Shown here in pieces: positions 36,245 through 45,222 of a DNA stretch of 45,222 nt; within the stretch, counting starts at the first letter, position 1, and every line of letters begins with the position of its first letter. The stretch covers positions 1 to 45,222 of the forward strand of contig NW_021834818.1 in assembly GCF_006345805.1 (NCBI RefSeq), read 5' to 3'. The position numbers and the translations under genes were made by a program. This stretch comes from Octopus sinensis. Lineage: Eukaryota. A model generated the notes under the pieces. The model worked only from the letters and a program-made list of their open reading frames with translations, searched no databases and was not told the origin of the DNA.

Positions 36245-37530
36245 CAGGTGTCTACAACAAAGGGAAGAAGAACGAGATGGTTCTTTGCCCTGATAAAATG
36301 TGGGGGTCACGGCAATGTTGAGAAGGAACTCGAAAAAAATGTATTTGATAATAATTTGAGACCCGTAATTAGGCTAAATGCCGAAGATTCCACATCAAAA
36401 TCATCTAAGCACAGCAGGTTCCTGCTTGCACAGTACATCACAGACAGAATGAGTAACAAATGCGTTCTAATGAAATCCTAATTTTGTGTTAGTCAAATGC
36501 CACCTGTTGGCGCCTGCACTGAAGGAAGCCGGATTCGGTCCTGTTTCCAGAGGCTGGATCGCAGTAACCTACGACAAATTGTGCTTGTTGGAACCATTCA
36601 AATGAACTGGAACTAAGAAGACCTGGCGAACAGGCTATAAGCAGAGAGGTAGTGTGGTGGAGAATACAGAACAATTGAAGAGAGAGAGATAATACGATCA
36701 AACTCTCATCGAAGCCTTAAAATTCCATTTAAAATTACAGTGAGGGTGGAGTGAGAGAGAAATCTACACCACCCAAGTAAATGTAGTGAAAAGTGGGGGA
36801 ATACTAAACTGCACCTGTAAGCTGAGTCATACCGAGGACGATGGAGTACTTGTAGTCGTAGTCTTGACCTAACTTTCTTTACAACATCTGCCATAATGGC
36901 ATGGACGATCCTAAAATTACTTGAGTAGTTTATGACTGGGAGTTACATGAGTTTCAACTTCGTCAGTCAACAATATTGGCCTCAGAAGCGGTCAGAAGCG
37001 GTCACTTACTATCCGTCATCTAGAAGACAGTGGAAAACCTGGGGAAGGTGTTTAAATTTAACCGGAGTGACACATAATCTAATTGTGAAAGCAACAAGGA
37101 TTCTGAAAGGCGACTATCTACAGTGGCCATGTGATGTCTCCCAGTAATTTTAAGACCTGGAGTTAAAAATAGAGCATCCGCCATGGATCATTTGGCAGTT
37201 CTCCGTACATGACATTTCAATATCCTCATTGAAGAGAAGGAAGCGATTGCCTGTGAAAAAGGCTGAGCAACGTAGTCCTGAGCGGAAAATACAATTTAAA
37301 GCACTTCATAAGCAGCCTCAGAGAAAGCTTGGTTCTCTGTGATTAGATGTTGCTATTGCGAGGCTTTCGGTACGAGGGCAATACATCACGGAATTGGAGT
37401 GCGGTGGAGGATTTCCTGGCTTCACATGTATGTGATGAAAAACCTGATTTGGGTAGCACCACACCACCTCACTGTGACAAGTGGCCAGAAAGGTATAGGA
37501 AGTTACTGAAAAAGAAAGGTGTGTATGTCT
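36245..37530 (+). mobile_element. Scrambled Tx1-like ORF2 fragments
   Basis: HLLAPALKEAGFGPVSRGWIA matches 44530-44600; 36640-36800 matches 14640-14810. Confidence 0.55.
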
Positions 37531-38049
37531 TACTACTTTCATACTAATACAGAGTCTATGATTTCCTTTTGTTTGTCATCTAACCTTATGGTTACTCTTA
37601 TTTTACGAGAGTGGCAGAAGCTTTTGCGCACTCTTACATCCTCACGTGGGACGTATAGTTTATTTATATCAGCCTCTAGGAGATGCATGTAGTGTATCGT
37701 GACAGAATTGCTTTGTTTTGATTCGGTGATACACATCTCATTCGTGGATCATTTTATGGTATCAAAGCTGCTGCCTAGAGGACCTATATATAAGGTATTC
37801 ATTGCATCAGTCTTTTCTTCAAATGGAAATAGGTTTTTATAGTGGCGGCTCATAAGAATGCGGTGTGACGCGAGAGAAATCATATCAGCACATTCAATAA
37901 TAGAAGAGACTAGCCATAACAGTTTTAATATATCGACGGAATTAAATGCAGGAAGATAAGGAAAAAAATGCGGTGTTTGGGGATTTCATGAAGGAGATGA
38001 CCATAATGATGTTCAAAGGATATGAGTTTGTCATAAAATTTAAAATTAA

Positions 38050-39470
38050 ATACACAGTATTTTACGTAGGATATGGGCGGTTCCGATTAGCGCTATCTTT
38101 TGAGTTGCTGCCATTTTGGGGTTTCCTAGTATCTGAGATGGTATGATTCAGGCCTTTTGCTATAATTCCTCGGGCAACTATGACAACAGGCATTGTTTTA
38201 CTTCCACATTTTGCTAATTTCTATTTCAAGATCTTTACACTTGCTCAGTTTTGTAGGTTTTGATAGATACTTTTTTTGTCGATTGGGACAGTTTTAAATG
38301 AGGAGGCATGGTTTTTTTCCTGTAGTTTTTCTATATAATGCCTGTTCTATTCGCATCTATCTTTCTGTCACTTTGAATGGCAAGGTTCTAGAGGTTAAGA
38401 TGCGATCATCTTCAAGAACTGGAGTGTGTTCGGGTCCCCAACCGATTGTATCATGTGGCACGTGTATGTTTTTGCAAATTAACTAGTAAATATGATGTGC
38501 TGCTCAATCATGCCTGTTGAGATATTCTGTATGCACAAGAAGACTGCACATGGAGACAACATGATCAATGGTTTCATTTTGTTGTTTACAAGACATGCTG
38601 GGTGACTGCCGTTCTTTAATATGGTAGTTTCTTGTAGGTAGGCCTTGATCTTGAGCTGCTATATTAAATCCGTCTGTGTCTGATTTTAAGCTAGAAGACA
38701 CTAAACATTGATGGGTAATGGCTTTATCCACATCGGCACTATTAGCTCTCTTTGGGTATTTGCCATTGAGCTGTTTTCTTTGTCATTTATCTGTAAGAAT
38801 ATCTAAGTCAGATTCTTTGCATGTACTTTCATTCGCTTAGCTTTTTTCTGTGCTTGCTTCTAGTACGTTTAATTCTGGGAATTGTTGTATTTGGAATTCA
38901 CTTAGATATTTCTTTGCATGCTTTGTTACTTTGTATGACACTTTCTTGTTTTCGTGCTTTGAGACAAGTTTTAATATTCAGTCATGAGAGTTGTTTAGGT
39001 AGGTGTCACGGTCAATTGTGGCACTATCCATTGTTAATTCCAATTGTAAATGTTACGGCCACCCTCTTTTCTTTGCAGGTAAAATCGTTCTACATCTGTT
39101 TTAGGGTGGTGCATTCTATGCATTGTCAACAATTTTCGTATTTTTCTGTCACGATTACATATTTCAATAATTGACCAGTTAATGATATTGAAACTGTAAG
39201 TCACGACTTGTACGGCATAGGTACTGATCACTTCGATCCTGTTTCTTGCATTCAGCTCTGTCTTGAATATTGCTTTTACCCTGCGATAATATTCATCACT
39301 GAATATTTGATCATGTCCACTTCAAATATCGATAAGTACATGTATCTCTCCGCGTGTTCTAATTCCATTATGACATTCTGAGGGATGTTTCTGTCGTTTT
39401 TCCTTTGATAAATGTAGCTTTTGCCCATTTATCGAGGTAAAATTGCAACGTGATATCATCAAAGAATTGT
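38050..39470 (-). mobile_element. Older 5'-truncated R4/Dong-like LINE
   Basis: Nucleotide similarity to 16600-17500 (e.g. ctgtttcttgcattcagctctgtcttga), plus C..C..ETIDHVVSMC, RHD and RLE motifs. Confidence 0.85.
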
Positions 39471-39789
39471 TTAGTATCTCCCGCCCAAGACGAAACACTA
39501 AAGGACTATATATTTATCCACACATTTCAGGAATAAATATACATATGACTATATACGCACTTTTCACAATATACCAAACAGTGATGTAGAACACAAAGAC
39601 TTATGTAAACACACATCGTCACACACAAACACGCTCAACTCACACACACTCACATACATATATATATAGAGAGAGATAATGTGAGGTAGAGAAGGGCAAC
39701 CGAAGGTTAAGAAAGTAAGATGGAAAGGTATTAAATTTCAGGAAATATATACTCAGGAATATAGTATGAACAAGACTGGTTCAACTTAC

Positions 39790-39861
39790 AATTCACCTAA
39801 GTTTGGAAGATTTGCAAACGATCCATTTTCAATTTTCACGATTGCATTACTGGAAAGATCT
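39790..39861 (-). CDS. LRR exon (72 bp, phase 2-2): DLSSNAIVKIENGSFANLPNLGEL
   Basis: Acceptor ttatctttcag|, donor |gtaagt; 24-aa typical-class LRR. Confidence 0.92.
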
Positions 39862-40408
39862 CTGAAAGATAATTCATGAAGAACAAGCATAGAAGTGATT
39901 AGTCATATATTTCAAATATTATGTCTAATGAAATAGCTGCTGAAATAGAAGAAAAATAAGTACAAGTGAGACAATTTGGTGAAGACGATTATGAAAATGA
40001 TAAGTGAAGATTATGAAGATAATGATGAAGATGTATGGCATTGTGTTAAGTAATGATGAAAGCGATAATTATTATGATGAGGGCATTGACGGTGACGGAT
40101 TTGGTAGTGATGAAGTTCTTTCGGTCTGCTGGCATTGCACTTGTGGTTCCATATTATGACTGATAAGGATGATGATGATGGTGGATGATGGTTACGACCA
40201 CCACGAGGACGTAGACGATGATTATGATGACAATATTTACTGATGGTGCTCTTAATATTTGGAATGATCATGTGGAGGATGACGCTGATATACAAAGTTG
40301 AAACTATAACAAAAGAGAAGGATGAGAATAAGAATAAAATTAACGACCAGCAGTAATTGATAAATGAGATTAAAAGGGTAAAGAAGACTAAACTAGAACT
40401 GGCGATAT

Positions 40409-40561
40409 GTATCTATCTATCTATCCATCTATCTATCTATCTATCTATCTGTCTACTTATCTAACAATCTATCTATCTAACTATCTATGTAGCCATCCAT
40501 CTATCTCTCTATCCATCCATCCATCTATCTATCCATCCATATATCTATCTATCTAGCTATT

Positions 40562-40631
<70 letters not shown>

Positions 40632-40654
40632 GTATCTATCTATCTATCTATCTA
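40409..40654. repeat. (CTAT)n microsatellite
   Basis: Direct reading; abuts the 5' end of the Tx1-like element. Confidence 0.97.
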
Positions 40655-43600
40655 CGGACGTGCTGTCACTTCGGCTCCGAAGGTAATCGTTTATTTTGAC
40701 TATTTATAGCCCATATTTTGTGTATGTTTTTAAAAATAAGGTGTGTAAGGCACCCAACTTTCGTTTGAGTGCGTTTCCAAGGGAGGAATTCGGCCCTAGG
40801 GGCTGTTTCAACCCCATTTCATTTCTGTAATTTTCTTCTCGACATTAGAAAATGCCGAGAAATTTTATTGTAGAACGCTGGTCGCGTTCCTTTATGGACC
40901 AGCATTTTCCTAGTTTGGAAACGCTAGGAGAAGAAAAAAAGAACTCATGCACGCAAAGTGCAAACATGAATATCGTTGGAATGAACGCTGCAACCACGTG
41001 CGGTAACAGCCCTGTCACCACCGCCACCACCACTACAACAACAACAACGAAACTGCTACTGCTACCACCCCCATCCACCACCACCACCACTACCAACACA
41101 ACCAACATAAATGATAAAAATGAAACTCACGCGAATACTATAAGAAAAACAACAACAACAACAACAACAATAAAAATGAACTATCTAATAGTGAAGATGT
41201 TAATACAAAAAAATCAACAACACCAGTAAATTTCGCTGACACTCTGCGTCAGAAGAAAGAGATTGTAACATTTACAAATGAAGAGCTCATAGAAACGAGA
41301 GCTCTCTTTACAACCCGTGGGCAAGATTTAGTGCTACATACACCTCAACACATAAAGCAAGAAATAGAAAATAAGACAATTATATATAAAATTATAAGAA
41401 AAAACAAAAAACTAAATGAGCAGATTACAGAAACAGATGTAGAAAAATGCTTAAAAAGCATAATGAAAGAAAAAGAATATATAAACTGGGGTCCAGTTTA
41501 ACACAGTAGTGGTCCGCTTCCCTAACTAGGAAGTGGCAAAAGCTCACTCTACTGAGTCTCGGGAATTGATGAAATCATCATGGTCCCATACTATAAAAAC
41601 CAGAGAGTGAGTCGAATCACTATTAAAAATGTACCTCCCGATCTTCCTAACAAATGGATAATAGGGGCAATCTGTTACCATTTAAAAAATATCAACATTT
41701 TGGAAACCGCCGTGTACCTTCGCGACATTTGGGGTGGGAAGACAATAGTGGTGACCATACAGATTGAGGGGGCCTCTATCGAGAGCCTACCGGATAAGAT
41801 CCACTTGGAAAATGTTGTAGCAGAAGGCAAAAAACCTAGATGCTACAACTGTGGCAGCCCCGAACATTTAATTGCCAAGTGCGCTCTGGTACAGAAAAAA
41901 CAAGAAAGAACAAATCAGAAAACAAATAAAAAAACCCTTGTTGCCAACACCAACATCAGCACCAACACACTCAATTATGGAACAATGCCAAGAAAAACAA
42001 CAAACCAGCAAACAAACCCCAACAACATCACAAAGAAAAGAAACAGTACCAACACAATCACCGTTCACGTCACAACCAATTCAACATGCTGAACCAACAA
42101 AAAATAGACCAACACCAACACCGAGAACGGCAATTAAAAAGACAGAAAACAGTGACGAGAAGACAAATTCTACCCCTAACACCACAACAACACAAACACC
42201 GCACAAAACATCAACAATTTCTAAAAGCATACATAGTAATGCAAATGCTTTGCCTTTACCTCCTACTGATACGTCGGACGACGAAAGTTCGACGGAATGG
42301 CAAATAGCCACAAGGAGTAAAAGGAAAGGATTCAAAAAATCCACCAAACAAGGAAGTAAAGCAGGGAGATATCTAACTCCGGACAACATCCCCCTAGACA
42401 ATCAAAAAAGCAATGAACCCGTAAAACCACACACACAACTAACTGCAATAGACACAGTCAATAAAGAATTAATGGACTACATCACATCCAACACGGACAT
42501 CTGTGAAGATGACTTTAAGACAAACAATCATCCGCACACCACACCACCGAAACACATCAGAATTTTACACATAACACAAGCACAACACCACATACTGAAA
42601 ACAATATTTCCGAATGCGGTAGGCGGGTTTCAACGATACCTGTCCAGAAAACTATACAAACACCTCATCAAAAACAATACAAAAGAAGAAGAAAAAAATG
42701 AAACTTTTAAAATGAGTAAGTGACCTCCCTCTTGCCTCTTGTCTCTTCTAATGTAGTGAGTAAAACACAATTTTCGTAAATGTCAAGTATGCTTAAATTA
42801 GGTTGTGTGAATGCGCGTGGTTTGGCGTCGGCTTGGAAGCAAGGTTACCTTCTAAACGACATCAAGTCACTGAACGTGGATATAGTAGCTATCAGTGAAA
42901 CCAGACTCAGTAAGCCGCGGGCCCTCGAGTCCATGTTTGGCAATCAATTTGACATTTATTTTTCTCCCTGTCTGCCGAACATGGGTGGTGGATATACCGC
43001 GGTGCTTTTTCGAAAGAGTCTAAATGTAAAAGTAAGAGCAATATTCCTAGACCCGGAGGGTAGGCTGGTTGTCTTGGACGTGGATGGCAGAAATGGGTGT
43101 GCATTCCGTCTGATGGCAGTTTATGCACCCTCATTAACGGGTCGGGCGGATTTCTTCAGACGTCTAGAGGTTTTCCTGGGTACGTCTAGACCTTTACTGT
43201 TAGTAGGGGATTGGAACGCTACCTTGGACACGCATCTAGATTATGTGGGAAGGGATAGGAATAGAAGGGGGTGTAAGAGCCTCTAAGACCTGCTCAGACG
43301 TTTCCATTTGTCTGACAGGTTCCGACTCGACCATCCGAACGTGCCAACGTGGACTTGGACAAACCGCATCGGATCGTCGAGATTTTATCTAGATAGAATT
43401 CTATGCAGGACAGCGGATAGGGATAGTGTAGGATGTCCACAATTTAAAATAGTCAGCTACACAGATCACAAATTTGTTACGTGTACGCTCGACTTAGATA
43501 AAACACATAGGCAGGGTCCCGGTTACTGGAAACTGAACACGTCGCTGTTAGCGCGACAGGTTTACAGGAACCGGATTAGCGAGTTAATTAAGAGGGAACT

Positions 43601-45222
43601 GACGGGAGCCGTCGTTAACAACCGCTGGTGGTACGCCCTGAAAATGGCAATAAAATCGGAATCAATTAGGTTTAGCAAGGAATTAGTGATAGAACGAAAT
43701 AGAGTAGAGGGAGACTTGGTTAAGAAACTAGAAGAGGCACTTACCACTGGCAGCGCAACCAACGTGCTGGCTGCGTCAGAGCTAAAATGCGTGCCTTAAG
43801 GAACGAAGGGATCGAAGCTGCGCGTGAGGCCCGGGTAGCGGAGGCGCAGCGTGGCAACAGAGCCACCATTCGGTCTCTAATAGATCAACAGGGATGCAGT
43901 TTACTCTAACCCGAAAGGATGTGTGAGGCCTTTCAACAGGACTTTGCTCGACTGTTTGGTGCGAGTGGTGGGTCGGAACGCGGGATGGATTTCAGTGCCT
44001 ACCTGACCGACCTGCCACGGCTCTCGGCAAGAGAAGCGGAGTGTTGTGAAAGTCCCATCACAGCCGCTGACGTGTGGGATGCGATGGCGGGCTGCGCGAG
44101 GGATAAGTCGCCTGGATTGGATGGTTTACCCTACGAGCTGTATTGTCAAATGCCAGACTTGTTTGGCGACCTCTTCGCATCAGGCTACTGCAACTGGCAA
44201 CAAAACGGGAGAATCCCCGGTTTCGTGAGCCGAGGTGCAGTGACGTTGCTGAAGAAAGACCCAAACAAGGGGAATTTTATCGATAATTTCAGGCCCATCA
44301 CTCTGCTCAACGCAGATTTGGAAATTTTGGCCAAAGTAATAGCCGAGAGGTTGGCGCTTGTCATTGGTAAACTGGTCGACAGGGCGCAAACATGCGCCGT
44401 GCCGGGCAGAACCATACATGACAACCTCCATCTGATGCGCTACATTGTGAACAGGGTAGTTAAGGATCCTGGCATGGGTGGGGCGCTGATAAATTTGGAT
44501 CAGTCTAAAGCCTTCGATAGGGTCGACCATCGGTACTTGGCGGCCGTCCTCAGGGCGGCTGGCTTCGGTCCCGTCTTCCGCGGTTGGATCGCTGCCTTGT
44601 ATAGCGGCATCCGATCGGTGATTCGGTTGAACGGTCACCTGTCGAAACCGTTTGACATCACGCGTTCGGTCCGTCAGGGGTGTCCCTTGTCGGCGCTTCT
44701 GTATGTATTGACTCTCGAGCCGCTACTGCGGAAGCTGGCGACACTGAGGGGCATCCCATGGGAACTGGGTTGCGGGACGAGCGTGTCGGCATATGCGGAC
44801 GATCTCACCGTCATAGTGTCGAGCGACAAACACATCCAGATGATAGGCGAGACACTAAGAAAATACGAAACGGTGACGGGAGCAAAGATTAACCCGGAAA
44901 AGTCAGTGGGTTTGCTACTCGGCACCTGGAGAAGCATGCCCATGCCGTCCGACTGCGGCTCAGTAGTGGGACGCTGGACGGACGGACCGGTTAAATTGCT
45001 CGGGGTCTGGTTCAGTCCGGACCTCCAAATGGATAAGAACTGGGACGAGATCATGAGTAGAGTGGTCGCTCTCAGCCAAACATGGGCCAAGAGAAAGCTG
45101 TCTCTAAAAGGCCGGGTGGAGGTGGCGAACGCGTACATCGCATCCGTCATCGATTACCGCCTGACCGTCGTACCTTGTCCCGACAACACCATCACCAAAC
45201 TGGAACGCATACTCTTCCGCTT
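40655..45222 (+). mobile_element. Tx1/L1-clade LINE with disrupted ORF1 and ORF2, running off the window
   Basis: ORF1 pieces 40852-42723 (CYNCGSPEHLIAKC). APE motifs NARG, SET, VGDWN, TDH at 42780-43500. RT open from 43919 to the end: KSPGLDG, FRPITLLN, LDQSKAFDRV, RQGCPLS, YADD. Confidence 0.93.

Larger units (their letters stand above)
1368..39861 (-). other. Partial multi-exon gene for an extracellular LRR-LRRCT-LU(Ly6/uPAR) protein; 5' and 3' exons not recovered
   Basis: Ten exons with AG/GT boundaries and matching phases: 2-2 x6, 2-1, 1-0, 0-1, 1-0. Skipping exon C, they splice into one open frame: DLSSNAIVKIENGSFANLPNLGEL-ILVNNKIAIIEHGSFVGLTKLYNL-KLANNKIAIIEHGLFEDLTNLYKL-NLANNKIAIIEHGSFEGLTNLERV-NLSYNRLQKFDGAFSYLSSINEI-DLRNNTDMMCGCQL...SQCKG-KTLFQKNLQCQTC...CCRDNLCNKNDFPG-WTHSF...VSRA. 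Many N-X-S/T sequons. Confidence 0.9.

Overview
Eukaryotic, AT-rich, microsatellite- and retroelement-dense DNA. The SINE families and composition resemble a coleoid cephalopod, probably Octopus (inference). The main content is largely invisible in the ORF track: a minus-strand spliced gene with 10 recoverable exons (39861 to 1368), all with GT-AG boundaries and compatible phases. It encodes an extracellular protein with six LRR exons, an LRRCT cap, a 12-Cys Ly6/uPAR (LU, three-finger) domain and an unassigned glycosylated segment. Both ends of the gene lie outside the window or were not found. Four of the LRR exons sit in an ~8 kb tandem array (23.3-31.3 kb) in which a one-exon unit was repeatedly duplicated; one copy is 71 bp and frameshifted. 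The introns hold R4/Dong-like LINEs stacked in (TAA)n, Tx1/L1-like LINEs (one with intact ORF1 but most of ORF2 deleted), a CR1/L2 LINE, Penelope-like and mariner remnants, two SINE families and several inverted repeats. Most listed short ORFs are microsatellite or TE artefacts. All protein-family calls are by motif recognition; no database search was run.
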